Positions 46,167-57,810 of a stretch of DNA of 64,000 nt are shown piece by piece. How positions within the stretch are numbered: the first letter of the stretch is position 1; each line of letters begins with the position of its first letter. Where the stretch lies: positions 2,795 to 66,794 of the forward strand of contig JBAXHC010000001.1 in NCBI GenBank assembly GCA_037139075.1. The letters are read 5' to 3'. The position numbers and the translations under genes were made by a program. The notes under the pieces are model-generated. The model made no database searches, was not told the origin of the DNA, and saw only the letters and a program-made list of their open reading frames with translations. The stretch is from Bacteroidota bacterium (GTDB taxonomy: Bacteria; Bacteroidota; Bacteroidia; Chitinophagales; Chitinophagaceae).

Positions 46167-47231
46167 ATGAAGTGGTACGGCATATCTATTAAAACAAGGC
46201 ATTCAATCTCCCATTTTGTTTTGGGAGCTTTTGCTGTGTTGGCCGGAGCAATTGGTACAATGTCATTTGTTGGTGAACCTGCCTACAAGGAAAAGCCATT
46301 GGTGGATACTACCCATGATAAATATGGTTTTCAGAGTTTGTTTGTAGCTAATAAGTTCGATGCTTCCAAGCCATATATTAATCAATTAAACCCACAGGCG
46401 GTTTCTTTTGTACAGGAATACATCCGTAAACAAGGAAAAGAACTGGATCGGATGAAAAGCTGGGGCAAGCCTTATTTTGATTTGTACGACAATATATTAG
46501 TAATGTATGGCATACCCAAGGAAATGAAATACTTGAGTGTGATTGAGAGCCATTTGCAACCTGGATTGGTATCTTGGGCGGGGGCAGTGGGCCCTTGGCA
46601 ATTGATGGATTATGAAGCCAAACGTTTTGGTTTGAGGGTGGGTGTGAATGATGAGCGAATGGATTTCTATAAAAGCACACATGTGGCAGCAAAATTGATG
46701 AAAGAGTTATATGCCGAATTTGGAGATTGGTTATTGGTAGTTGCAGCATATAATGGGGGAGCTGGAAGGGTGCGTCAGTGTATAAAAAAATCCGGAAGCA
46801 GAGATTTTTGGGTGCTTCAATATTATTTAAAAGAAGAAACACGCACACACGTAAAGAAATTTATTGCTACCCACTATTTATTCGAAGGTGCTGGTGGTTG
46901 GACTACGCTCACAGCAGGTGAAACTGTAAAAGTAAAAGCTGCACAAATCTTGGATAACCAACAAGTAAGTTTATCGAATGATGAAATTGCAAGTACAACC
47001 ACCATTAATCTTAGTGGTAGATATAATTCTTTGGTGCTAACCAATAGTTTGGGAATGGAAATAAGTCAATTCAATAAATGGAATCCAGGTTTTGATAAAG
47101 CCCTTTCAGAGGGAAAGCCATACAATATGCGTATTGGCAAGGATAAGGTTTCCATTTTCGAATCGAAGAAGAGTCAAATTCTCATGGAATCTTTCCGCCT
47201 ATTAGTAGAGGGAACTGCCACTAACAAATAA
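46167..47231 (+). CDS. Lytic transglycosylase (MltD-like SLT domain)
   Basis: KYLSVIES, AGAVGPWQLM, DERMDFYKST, AAYNGGAG, ETRTHV; N-terminal membrane anchor. Confidence 0.88.
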   Translation: MKWYGISIKTRHSISHFVLGAFAVLAGAIGTMSFVGEPAYKEKPLVDTTHDKYGFQSLFVANKFDASKPYINQLNPQAVSFVQEYIRKQGKELDRMKSWGKPYFDLYDNILVMYGIPKEMKYLSVIESHLQPGLVSWAGAVGPWQLMDYEAKRFGLRVGVNDERMDFYKSTHVAAKLMKELYAEFGDWLLVVAAYNGGAGRVRQCIKKSGSRDFWVLQYYLKEETRTHVKKFIATHYLFEGAGGWTTLTAGETVKVKAAQILDNQQVSLSNDEIASTTTINLSGRYNSLVLTNSLGMEISQFNKWNPGFDKALSEGKPYNMRIGKDKVSIFESKKSQILMESFRLLVEGTATNK

Positions 47232-47258
47232 TCAAGAAAACTTAAAGTATAGCACAAA

Positions 47259-47296
47259 AAAATGTTGAATCAGGTGAGAACCCGATTCAACATTTT
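47259..47296. terminator. Bidirectional terminator between the transglycosylase and the acidic protein
   Basis: 13-bp perfect arms AAAATGTTGAATC / GATTCAACATTTT enclosing GGT-GAGA-ACC. Confidence 0.8.
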
Positions 47297-47314
47297 CAAT
47301 GTTATTTTAAGTGA

Positions 47315-47767
47315 CTAGAAGTCGTCATCCTCATCATCGTCGAAGCCACTATCCTTGTCATTGAACAAATCAAATTCTTTGAAGTCTTCGTCTAATTTAA
47401 AGTCGTCTTCATCATCTGCTTTTTTCTTTGCAGGACCAGTGCTTGGTGCTTTTTTGCCCTTACTTTTTGGAATATCGAATTCGTCGAAGTCTGGGTCCCA
47501 GTCATCGTCTTCTTCAGCTTTTTCCCAATCGTCTTCTACTTCGGTTTCATCATCATCGTCGTCGTCATCATCTTTTGGTTTTTTTGACGAAGATTTTGCC
47601 CCTTTCTTAGCGGGCTTGACGTCCAATGTTTCATCATCGTCGTCATCTAAATCATCATCATCATCCAATTGTTTTTTACTTTTTGGAGATGGTGTTGCAT
47701 CGGCATTCTTTGCCGGTGGTGTCTTTGGATTAGAGGATTTGCTATCCTTATCAGATTTCGCTGCCAT
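47315..47767 (-). CDS. Highly acidic, low-complexity, probably disordered protein
   Basis: 150 aa; Lys-rich patches alternate with poly-Asp tracts and DWDPDFDEFD / DFKLDEDFKEFDLF motifs; has its own downstream terminator. Confidence 0.75.
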   Translation of the reverse strand: MAAKSDKDSKSSNPKTPPAKNADATPSPKSKKQLDDDDDLDDDDDETLDVKPAKKGAKSSSKKPKDDDDDDDDETEVEDDWEKAEEDDDWDPDFDEFDIPKSKGKKAPSTGPAKKKADDEDDFKLDEDFKEFDLFNDKDSGFDDDEDDDF

Positions 47768-47855
47768 ATTCTAATAAGATTATTGCGTAAATTTTAAACG
47801 CAAAATTGTATTAACCAAAAATATTTTTTCTTTTCTTTTTAAAAATTAAAATTTC

Positions 47856-49181
<1,326 letters not shown>

Positions 49182-49221
49182 TTAATTACCATCAATTTTA
49201 AACAAAATGTGCAAATCCTTA

Positions 49222-51486
49222 TTAAGTGAGAGATTCTGTATCAAAACGATCAACTGTTTGTATTCCCTTTAACTGTTTTAATCGATCCACTAATTCCTCG
49301 AGTTCTTCTTTATCGTGCACAAAAACTTTAATAGTACCCCTGAAAATTCCTTCAGATGATTCAATGGTTAAAGCAGCAATATTTACGCGCATATCTCCAC
49401 TTATGATATTGGTTATTTTATTAATAACCCCCACATCATCCATGCCAATAATTTTTAAACCAGTTAAGAAAGAAATTTCTTTATTCTTAGCCCATTTTGT
49501 TTTTACAACCCGATGAGAATAGTTGGCCATTAATTGTGTGGCATTCGGGCAGGTAGTACGATGTATAATTAAACCTTTTCCAGTACTCACAAAACCAAAA
49601 ACGTCATCACCCGGAATAGGGTTACAACATTTAGCAAGATTATAAACAATTTTATCGCTGCTTTCTCCGAAGATGATCAGCTCAGAATCTTTTTTAGAAA
49701 AATGTTTAGCATGATTTTGTTCCACATTTAATTCATGCACTACAGGTTTTGGACGCGGATGCTCAATACGGTCGCCAATTAAATTAAAATCCTTTAGCTC
49801 TTTTAAATCGATAGATTTTGTTGCGATTTTATAAAGCAAATCTAATTGCGACGGAACTTTATAAAAGTGAATCAGCTCGTCAATATTGTGTTGATTTACT
49901 GCAGCACCAAATCCTTCTAATTTTCTTTGTAAAGTATATTTTCCATCATCTGCGATCTTGCGTTTTTCTTCACGCAGGGAATCTTTTATTTTGCTTTTTG
50001 CTTTGGCAGTTACAACAATGTTCAGCCAATCTTCCGAAGGTTTTTGTTTACCACTCGTTATAATTTCAATTTGATCACCACTTCGTAATTTATGACTGAT
50101 GGGCACCAGTTTGTGATGCACTTTTGCGCCAATACATTTAGTTCCAATAGCAGAGTGAATGGCGAATGCAAAATCCAGTGCTGTACTTCCAACAGGTAAC
50201 ATTTTTACGTCTCCTTTTGGGGTGTACACATAAATTTCTTCAGCAAGAAATGATGTTTTAAAATCTTGTAAGAAATCTACGGTATCTGTATCAGGTGTAG
50301 CTAATACTTCTCTGATCTGTCCAAACCATTTATCAAAACGATCTTCATCTCCGCCGCCCTCTTTGTATTTATAGTGCGCTGCCAAACCCTTCTCAGCAAT
50401 TTCGTTCATGCGTTTAGTTCGTATTTGCACTTCCACCCATTTACCCTGGGGCCCCATCACTGTTGTGTGCAATGCTTCATATCCATTGCTTTTAGGATTG
50501 CTCAACCAATCGCGCAAACGTTCTGGAGAAGGGTTGTATTCATCCGTGATTAAGGAATATACTTTCCAGCAATCTTCCTTTTCTTTTTCTGTAGTTGAAT
50601 TTAAAATAACTCTGATAGCAAAGAGATCATACACTTCTTCAAAAGCCACTGATTTCTTTTTTATTTTATTCCAGATACTATGAATACTTTTCGGCCTTCC
50701 ATAAATTTCAAAGTCAAAATTTGAGGCTTCTAATTTCTCTTTTAAAGGGCGAATAAATTCATTAATATATCTACTTCTTTCTCGCTTGGTTTCGGATAAT
50801 TTTTTTGCAATATCCCGATAGGCTTCTGGCTCCATGTATTTCATGGAAAGATCCTCGAGTTCTGTTTTTATGCTATACAATCCCATACGATGTGCGAGGG
50901 GTGCGTATACCCATACAGTCTCGGATGCGATCTTTAATTGCTTTTCACGCTTCATGTGATCTAGCGTTCGCATATTGTGTAATCGATCTGCCAGTTTAAT
51001 AAGAATCACCCGCGGATCGTCGGTCAACGTTAAGAGAATTTTTTTGAAATTTTCTGCTTGCTGACTAGTATTGGTATCAATAACGTTTGAGATCTTGGTA
51101 AGTCCGTCTACAATGCGCATAATCTCAGTACCAAATTCATTTTCCACATCATCAAGGGTGATATCTGTATCTTCTACCGTATCATGCAATAATGCACAAA
51201 TAGTACTTCTTACACCAAGGCCAATTTCTTCTACGCAAATCATTGCAACTGCAAGTGGGTGAATAATATAAGGCTCACCGCTTTTTCTGCGCATCGTTTT
51301 ATGCGCTTCAACAGCCATTTCAAATGCATGTCGAACTAATTCTTTATCCCCTCTTTTAAGTTTTGGGCGAAGGCTACGCAGTAATGCCCGATAATGCCGG
51401 AGTATTTCGTTTTTCTCCTGATCAACGGTGAGATTATATTTTGGAAGCGCTGCTTCTGAAGATTGGTTTTCCACTGCTTGTTCCAT
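49222..51486 (-). CDS. spoT: Long RelA/SpoT homologue ((p)ppGpp synthetase/hydrolase)
   Basis: RKSGEPYIIHP, intact ALLHDTVED HD motif, KLADRLHNMRT, GRPKS, YDLFAIR, PKSNGYEALHT, EVQIRT, TGS and ACT domains. ATG 51486 preferred. Confidence 0.93.
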   Translation of the reverse strand: MEQAVENQSSEAALPKYNLTVDQEKNEILRHYRALLRSLRPKLKRGDKELVRHAFEMAVEAHKTMRRKSGEPYIIHPLAVAMICVEEIGLGVRSTICALLHDTVEDTDITLDDVENEFGTEIMRIVDGLTKISNVIDTNTSQQAENFKKILLTLTDDPRVILIKLADRLHNMRTLDHMKREKQLKIASETVWVYAPLAHRMGLYSIKTELEDLSMKYMEPEAYRDIAKKLSETKRERSRYINEFIRPLKEKLEASNFDFEIYGRPKSIHSIWNKIKKKSVAFEEVYDLFAIRVILNSTTEKEKEDCWKVYSLITDEYNPSPERLRDWLSNPKSNGYEALHTTVMGPQGKWVEVQIRTKRMNEIAEKGLAAHYKYKEGGGDEDRFDKWFGQIREVLATPDTDTVDFLQDFKTSFLAEEIYVYTPKGDVKMLPVGSTALDFAFAIHSAIGTKCIGAKVHHKLVPISHKLRSGDQIEIITSGKQKPSEDWLNIVVTAKAKSKIKDSLREEKRKIADDGKYTLQRKLEGFGAAVNQHNIDELIHFYKVPSQLDLLYKIATKSIDLKELKDFNLIGDRIEHPRPKPVVHELNVEQNHAKHFSKKDSELIIFGESSDKIVYNLAKCCNPIPGDDVFGFVSTGKGLIIHRTTCPNATQLMANYSHRVVKTKWAKNKEISFLTGLKIIGMDDVGVINKITNIISGDMRVNIAALTIESSEGIFRGTIKVFVHDKEELEELVDRLKQLKGIQTVDRFDTESLT

Positions 51487-51607
51487 CGAATAGCGAATAT
51501 AAGCAATAAGCCGTATTTGCCACCGGCGCGAATACATGAAAAACTGTTGATTAATTTTTAAGAGTGGTGAACCCGATGTATGCTTAGTTGTTACATTTGT
51601 ACAGACC

Positions 51608-53425
51608 ATGCAAAAAGCAAAGACCAAAAAAATATTTGAATTTTCTCTGTTTCGCAGAATTTTTCGATTTGTAAAACCCTATTCCGCCAAATTTTATGGT
51701 AGTATAGTACTAGCTATCATTATGGCAGTATTTGCCCCCATCAGGCCTTATTTGATTCAACTAACAATTGATAGTGCTTCCGGAAAATCAATGCATATTC
51801 CGGCATGGCTGAAAGCTGTTTTGTTTAATACTGACCTAACAGATGTAACAAAATTCATTATTGCTGTCACAATTTTTCAGGTTGTATTCCTTTTTATTGA
51901 AACCAGTGTGCGCTTTGTTTTTAGTTTTATTACATCCTGGATGGGGCAGAGTGTGGTAAGAGATATGCGTGTGGCAGTTTTCGAAAAAGTATTAGGATTA
52001 AATCTTTCTCAGTTTGATAAAACGCCCATTGGGACACTTACCACAAGAACAATTAATGATATAGAAAGTATCAATGATATTTTTTCGGATGGCCTGATAC
52101 CTATTATAGCAGATTTATTAATCATCATTATTACATTGGGAACGATGTTTTGGATGGACTGGCGCCTCACATTAATTAGTTTGGTGCCATTTCCTATTAT
52201 GATTGTAGCTACTTATTATTTTAAGGAAAGTGTGAACAAGAGTTTTATCCGTGTAAGGAATGCGGTGGCTGCTTTAAATGCATTTGTACAAGAGCATATC
52301 ACTGGAATGCAGGTGGTACAGGCATTTGCGTCGGAAGACAGGGAATTCAATAAGTTTAATAAGATCAATACCGAACATCGAAATGCTAATATCAATGCCA
52401 TTTTTGCCTACTCTGTTTTTTTTCCAGTGGTAGAAGTTGTATTGGCAGTGAGTACTGGTTTGCTCGTTTGGTGGATTGCAGGAAAGGCATTGGATGCGGG
52501 GCTGCTCGTAGCTTTCATTTTATATCTTAATCAGATTTTCAGACCATTAAGAGTAATTGCTGATAAGTTCAATGTGTTGCAAATGGGAATGATCGCAGCA
52601 GAGCGCGTATTTGTTGTGTTAGATAATCCTGACTTTTCACCTGCTTCTACATCAGATGCATTTAAACCTGAAATCATGAAAGGTGCAATTGCTTTTGATC
52701 ATGTTTGTTTTGCTTATACCGATGAAAATTATGTATTGAAGGATATCAATTTTACCGTGAATGCTGGGGAAACGGTTGCATTAGTTGGTCATACAGGTAG
52801 CGGGAAAACCAGCATCATTAGTCTATTGAATAAATTATACCATATCCAAAAGGGCTCCATTTTAGTAGATGGCGTAAATATCAACGATTATAATCTGGAT
52901 GCTTTAAGAAAAGGTATTGGAGTGGTGCTACAGGATGTATTTTTATTTAGCGGATCTATATTAGATAATATCACCCTACGTAATGCAGAAATTAAAAGGG
53001 AACAGGTTATAGAAGCTGCAAAAATGATCGGTGTACATGATTTTATTATGCAATTACCCAATGGGTATGATTATCACGTAATGGAAAGGGGCAATACCCT
53101 GAGTTTAGGTCAACGCCAGATCTTATCTTTTATAAGGGCATTATTATATAACCCGGCGATCCTGATTTTAGATGAAGCCACTTCTTCCATTGATACGGAA
53201 AGTGAACTTATGATTGAAAAAGCTACCGATACCTTGATTTCAGGCAGAACATCTATCATTATTGCACACCGGTTATCTACCATTCGAAAAGCTGATAAAA
53301 TATTGGTTTTAGACAAAGGAGAACTCAAAGAAGTGGGGAATCACGAAAGTTTACTGGCTTTGGGCGGACTTTATGCTAAACTTCATGAGATGCAATTTGA
53401 AAAGAAAACCCCCATTTCGGCTTAG
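51608..53425 (+). CDS. ABC exporter, fused TMD-NBD (MsbA/multidrug-like)
   Basis: TM domain; GHTGSGKTS, LSLGQRQ, ILDEATSSID, IAHRLSTI; TACATTTG promoter at 51592-51599. Confidence 0.93.
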   Translation: MQKAKTKKIFEFSLFRRIFRFVKPYSAKFYGSIVLAIIMAVFAPIRPYLIQLTIDSASGKSMHIPAWLKAVLFNTDLTDVTKFIIAVTIFQVVFLFIETSVRFVFSFITSWMGQSVVRDMRVAVFEKVLGLNLSQFDKTPIGTLTTRTINDIESINDIFSDGLIPIIADLLIIIITLGTMFWMDWRLTLISLVPFPIMIVATYYFKESVNKSFIRVRNAVAALNAFVQEHITGMQVVQAFASEDREFNKFNKINTEHRNANINAIFAYSVFFPVVEVVLAVSTGLLVWWIAGKALDAGLLVAFILYLNQIFRPLRVIADKFNVLQMGMIAAERVFVVLDNPDFSPASTSDAFKPEIMKGAIAFDHVCFAYTDENYVLKDINFTVNAGETVALVGHTGSGKTSIISLLNKLYHIQKGSILVDGVNINDYNLDALRKGIGVVLQDVFLFSGSILDNITLRNAEIKREQVIEAAKMIGVHDFIMQLPNGYDYHVMERGNTLSLGQRQILSFIRALLYNPAILILDEATSSIDTESELMIEKATDTLISGRTSIIIAHRLSTIRKADKILVLDKGELKEVGNHESLLALGGLYAKLHEMQFEKKTPISA

Positions 53426-53515
53426 AAAACAAGGGTTTGTGAGCATTCCCACTTCAAAGAAATATCCCTGCAATATTTTCTGCTATTTTGCTTCGAATTT
53501 TCGAGGCCTTACCCC

Positions 53516-53523
53516 TATCTTTG
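53516..53523 (+). promoter_or_regulatory. -7 promoter element (TATCTTTG) for the atp operon
   Basis: Exact TAnnTTTG followed by CGCC, 20 nt before ATG 53544. Confidence 0.7.
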
Positions 53524-53543
53524 CGCCAAATTTCGAGACAGGT

Positions 53544-54644
53544 ATGGCCCTTAGAAGCGTAAAATCTTTATTGGTAGTGACGTTTAGCGTATTAAGTATG
53601 CTATTTATCACTACGCTGCATGCACAAAATGAGCCCGAAAAAGCGGCTACTCAAACCGAACAAGCTGGAAAAGAGAAAAAAGAAGGTGCGTTTGACCCTG
53701 CAGAACTTATTATGGAGCATATTTTAGATGCCCATGAATTTCATTTCTTTTCAATTGGTGAAACAGATATCGTTATTCCGTTACCTGTAATTGTGTATTC
53801 TAAAGAAAGAGGCGTTGCTGTTTTTTCTTATGGCAATTTGCATCATGGTGCTATTTACAATGGATATAAAAGTGAAGAGGGTAAAATTGTAGCGGTTGAT
53901 GAAGCTGGTAAAGTTGCAGAATCTGTTTCTTTATATGACTTTAGTTTAACCAGAAATGTGGTACAGATGATGTTGGCCTTGATATTGCTTTCTGTAATCA
54001 TGATCAATGTTGCAAATAAGTATAAAAAAGGTGGTGCAAGAACTGCTCCCTCTGGTTTTCAAAATGCCATTGAGCCTGTTATTACTTTTGTAAGGGACGA
54101 TGTAGCAAAGCCAAATCTGGGATCGGCTTATGAAAAGTACATGCCTTATTTGCTAACTGTATTTTTCTTCATCCTTATAAATAACTTGATTGGGTTAATT
54201 CCAGGAACAGCAAATGTTACTGGTAATATTGCTTTTACTGTTGTGTTGGGTGTGATTAGTTTCTTTGTGATTTTATTCAGCACGAACCGTCATTTCTGGG
54301 CTCATATTTTTAATCCTCCGGTACCTGGTTTTGTAAAACCAATACTGGTGCCTGTTGAGTTTTTAGGAATTTTCACAAAACCATTTGCATTGATTATTCG
54401 TCTTTTTGCCAATATGGTGGCCGGGCACATTATCATTACATGTTTTGTAATGTTGATCTTTATTTTTGGTGCTATGAGTCAGACAGCAGGTTGGGGATTT
54501 GCTCCTGTTTCAATAGCTTTTACAGTATTTATTTATTTCATTGAAATATTGGTTGCGTTTATTCAGGCATTCATCTTTACTAATTTAACAGCAGTGTTTA
54601 TTGGTCAGTCAAGAGAAGGTGCTCACGAAGAAGCACACCACTAA
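53544..54644 (+). CDS. atpB: F0 ATP synthase subunit a with N-terminal extension
   Basis: FQNAIEP, LIGLIPG, IIRLFANMVAGH (essential Arg), EILVAFIQAFIF. ATG 53544 follows the promoter. Confidence 0.95.
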   Translation: MALRSVKSLLVVTFSVLSMLFITTLHAQNEPEKAATQTEQAGKEKKEGAFDPAELIMEHILDAHEFHFFSIGETDIVIPLPVIVYSKERGVAVFSYGNLHHGAIYNGYKSEEGKIVAVDEAGKVAESVSLYDFSLTRNVVQMMLALILLSVIMINVANKYKKGGARTAPSGFQNAIEPVITFVRDDVAKPNLGSAYEKYMPYLLTVFFFILINNLIGLIPGTANVTGNIAFTVVLGVISFFVILFSTNRHFWAHIFNPPVPGFVKPILVPVEFLGIFTKPFALIIRLFANMVAGHIIITCFVMLIFIFGAMSQTAGWGFAPVSIAFTVFIYFIEILVAFIQAFIFTNLTAVFIGQSREGAHEEAHH

Positions 54645-54660
54645 ATCTTTTTTTTCATAA

Positions 54661-54921
<261 letters not shown>

Positions 54922-54940
54922 GCCTGTAGCACAAACTTTT

Positions 54941-54975
54941 CACTGCATTCAAAGCAAAGGGCGATGGATGCAGTG
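54941..54975 (+). other. Stem-loop in the atpE-atpF spacer
   Basis: CACTGCATTC...GGATGCAGTG 10-bp stem (one G-U pair) followed by atctttt. Confidence 0.55.
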
Positions 54976-55015
54976 ATCTTTTAAAAAACAGAATCTAACC
55001 ATTCAAATAGAGAGT

Positions 55016-55510
55016 ATGCAATTGTTATTACCCGGTTTGGGATTATTATTCTGGACGCTTGTAGCTTTCCTGATCGTTTTTTTCATCTTGAAAAAATTCG
55101 CTTGGGTACCCATTTTAGCAACCCTTAAAGAAAGGGAAACTGGTATTGCTGATGCAATTGCTTCTGCTGATAAAATCAAAGCAGAAATGGCAGCATTAAA
55201 AAACGAGAACGAAGCTATGATGGTGCAGGCACGCGAGGAAAGAGCTGTGATGATTAAGGAAGCAAAAGAAACTTCTAATAAGATGTTATCTGATGCGAAA
55301 GATAAAGCAAGAGTAGAATACGATCGTATTGTATCTGATGCACAGTCTGCAATTCTACAGCAAAAAAATGCAGCTTTAACTGAAGTAAAAAATCAGGTTG
55401 GTTCATTAGTAGTTGAAGTAGCTGAAAAAGTATTACGTAGAGAATTGGCTAATAAAGCTGATCAGGAAGCATATATCAAAGGATTAGCTGAAGTAGTAAA
55501 ATTGAATTAA
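55016..55510 (+). CDS. atpF: F0 ATP synthase subunit b
   Basis: N-terminal TM (GLLFWTLVAFLIVFFILKKFAW), then coiled coil. Confidence 0.95.
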   Translation: MQLLLPGLGLLFWTLVAFLIVFFILKKFAWVPILATLKERETGIADAIASADKIKAEMAALKNENEAMMVQAREERAVMIKEAKETSNKMLSDAKDKARVEYDRIVSDAQSAILQQKNAALTEVKNQVGSLVVEVAEKVLRRELANKADQEAYIKGLAEVVKLN

Positions 55511-55511
55511 G

Positions 55512-56075
55512 ATGCCCAATCCACGTTTAGCAGGCAGATACGCAAAAAGTTTAATTGACCTATCCATCGAGAAGGGTCAGTTAGAAGCTGTATATGCTGA
55601 TATGAAATACCTGCAAGAACTGTGCAAGCTGAGCAAAGAGTTTGTAACGTTAATGCGCAGTCCGATTGTTCGTAACGATCAGAAAAATGCGATTTTACTT
55701 GCGTTAACAAAAGGAAAGATCAGCGAATTAACTACAGCCTTCAGTGCCCTATTGGTAAGAAAAGGCCGTGAAGGAGATTTGCCAGAAATCGCTGTTGCAT
55801 TTGTGGAACAGTATAATGAGATGAAAGGAATTCATGTAGTTAAGTTAGCTACTGCAACTGAATTAACTAAAGAGTTAAAAGAAGCAATTGAATCAAGAAT
55901 TACCAAGGCACAGGGTTTCCCAACAATTGAATTAGAAACAAGTGTTGATGAAAAGCTGATTGGTGGTTTTGTTTTGGAGTTCGATAATAAATTGGTTGAT
56001 GCAAGTATTCTGAATGATCTGAAAGTAATCAAACAACAATTCTTGCAGAATCATTTTGTAGAAAAAATTAAATAA
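55512..56075 (+). CDS. atpH: F1 ATP synthase subunit delta
   Basis: RLAGRYAKSL, VDEKLIGGFV, DASI. Confidence 0.95.
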   Translation: MPNPRLAGRYAKSLIDLSIEKGQLEAVYADMKYLQELCKLSKEFVTLMRSPIVRNDQKNAILLALTKGKISELTTAFSALLVRKGREGDLPEIAVAFVEQYNEMKGIHVVKLATATELTKELKEAIESRITKAQGFPTIELETSVDEKLIGGFVLEFDNKLVDASILNDLKVIKQQFLQNHFVEKIK

Positions 56076-56116
56076 TAATACAAATCAATAACGATAATTT
56101 TTAAAAGTAGATAATC

Positions 56117-57694
56117 ATGGTTGACATTAAGCCCGATGAAATATCCGCGATCCTCAGACAACAGTTAAGCAACTTCAATGTAAGTGCTGATCTGGAAGAA
56201 GTAGGAACCGTATTACAGGTAGGAGATGGTATTGCCCGTGTGTATGGCCTTAACGGTGTGCGCAGTGGTGAACTAGTAGTGTTTGAAAATGGCGTAAAAG
56301 CTATTGCATTGAACTTGGAAGAAGACAATGTGGGTGTGGTATTGATGGGAGAAAGTGGAGACATCAAGGAAGGTGCTAAAGTAAAAAGAACCGGACAGAT
56401 CGCCTCTATTAAAGTAGGGGAAGGCTTGGTTGGTCGCGTGATCAATACCTTGGGTGAACCAATAGATGGAAAGGGTCCAATCACTGGCGAATTATATGAA
56501 ATGCCATTGGAGCGTAAAGCTCCTGGTGTTATCTTTCGTGAGCCGGTTAAAGAACCTTTACAAACTGGTATCAAAGCTATCGATGCAATGATTCCAATCG
56601 GACGTGGTCAGCGTGAGTTGGTGATTGGTGACCGTCAGACTGGTAAAACTGCCATCTGTGTGGATACCATCATTAATCAGAAAGAATTCTTCGATGCAGG
56701 CAAGCCTGTATATTGTATATATGTTGCGATCGGACAAAAAGCATCTACCGTTGCTGGTGTGATGAAAACTTTGACTGATAGTGGTGCGATGGCTTACTCA
56801 ACTATTGTTTGTGCTTCTGCATCAGATCCTGCTCCATTGCAGTTCTACGCGCCATTTGCAGGTGCAGCAATTGGAGAATTTTTCCGTGATACCGGTAGAC
56901 CAGCATTGATTGTATTTGATGACTTAAGTAAACAAGCGGTTGCGTATCGTGAAGTTTCTTTGTTGTTAAGAAGACCTCCAGGACGTGAAGCATATCCTGG
57001 TGATGTATTCTATCTGCATAGCCGTTTATTAGAAAGAGCTGCAAAAGTTATTGCTAATGATGATGTAGCTAAAAACATGAACGATTTACCTGAGTCAATC
57101 AGACATCTGGTAAAAGGTGGCGGATCATTAACTGCATTGCCAATTATTGAAACACAAGCGGGTGACGTATCTGCTTATATCCCTACCAATGTAATCTCAA
57201 TTACTGATGGTCAGATCTTTTTGGAGGGTAACTTGTTCAATGCAGGTATTCGTCCAGCGATCAACGTAGGTATTTCTGTTAGCCGTGTGGGTGGTAATGC
57301 ACAGATCAAATCCATGAAGAAAGTAGCAGGTACTTTGAAATTGGATCAGGCACTTTACCGTGAGTTGGAAGCCTTCTCTAAATTTGGGGGCGACTTAGAT
57401 GCTGCTACCAAGTCTGTAATCGACAAGGGTGCACGTAACGTGGAAATCCTGAAGCAGTTGCAGTACTCACCAATGAGTGTTGAAAATCAGGTTGCTATTA
57501 TATATTTAGGTACACAGGGTTTATTGCGTGAAGTAGCAGTAAAGAATGTGAAGGAATTTGAAGCACATTTCTTAACTGAAATGGCTAATAAATTACCTGA
57601 TGTATTAGCTGAATTTAAGAAAGGACAGTTGAATGATGCTAGTTTGGCAAAATTGACTGACCTGGCTAAATCTATCATGCCTCAGTACAAATAA
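56117..57694 (+). CDS. atpA: F1 ATP synthase subunit alpha
   Basis: [40 protein letters not shown]. Confidence 0.99.
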   Translation: MVDIKPDEISAILRQQLSNFNVSADLEEVGTVLQVGDGIARVYGLNGVRSGELVVFENGVKAIALNLEEDNVGVVLMGESGDIKEGAKVKRTGQIASIKVGEGLVGRVINTLGEPIDGKGPITGELYEMPLERKAPGVIFREPVKEPLQTGIKAIDAMIPIGRGQRELVIGDRQTGKTAICVDTIINQKEFFDAGKPVYCIYVAIGQKASTVAGVMKTLTDSGAMAYSTIVCASASDPAPLQFYAPFAGAAIGEFFRDTGRPALIVFDDLSKQAVAYREVSLLLRRPPGREAYPGDVFYLHSRLLERAAKVIANDDVAKNMNDLPESIRHLVKGGGSLTALPIIETQAGDVSAYIPTNVISITDGQIFLEGNLFNAGIRPAINVGISVSRVGGNAQIKSMKKVAGTLKLDQALYRELEAFSKFGGDLDAATKSVIDKGARNVEILKQLQYSPMSVENQVAIIYLGTQGLLREVAVKNVKEFEAHFLTEMANKLPDVLAEFKKGQLNDASLAKLTDLAKSIMPQYK

Positions 57695-57718
57695 TCAATT
57701 ATTCAAATTTTGATATGG

Positions 57719-57750
57719 AACGGTCCCGAGTAATCAGGACCGTTTTTTTA
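57719..57750 (+). terminator. Intrinsic terminator directly after atpA
   Basis: AACGGTCC-cgagtaatca-GGACCGTT followed by a T run. Confidence 0.8.
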
Positions 57751-57783
57751 TTAAATTATTTTGGTTTATAAAATAAACTACTT

Positions 57784-57791
57784 TATGTTTG
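57784..57791 (+). promoter_or_regulatory. -7 promoter element (TATGTTTG) for the second TBDR
   Basis: Exact TAnnTTTG match, 19 nt before ATG 57811. Confidence 0.55.
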
Positions 57792-57810
57792 TGATGAATT
57801 AATCAGAAAC

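Noticed and set aside
47355-47774. Ser-rich 139-aa plus-strand ORF
   Set aside because: It is the antisense read of the GAT/GAC (Asp) repeats of the acidic protein; the poly-Ser is an artefact.
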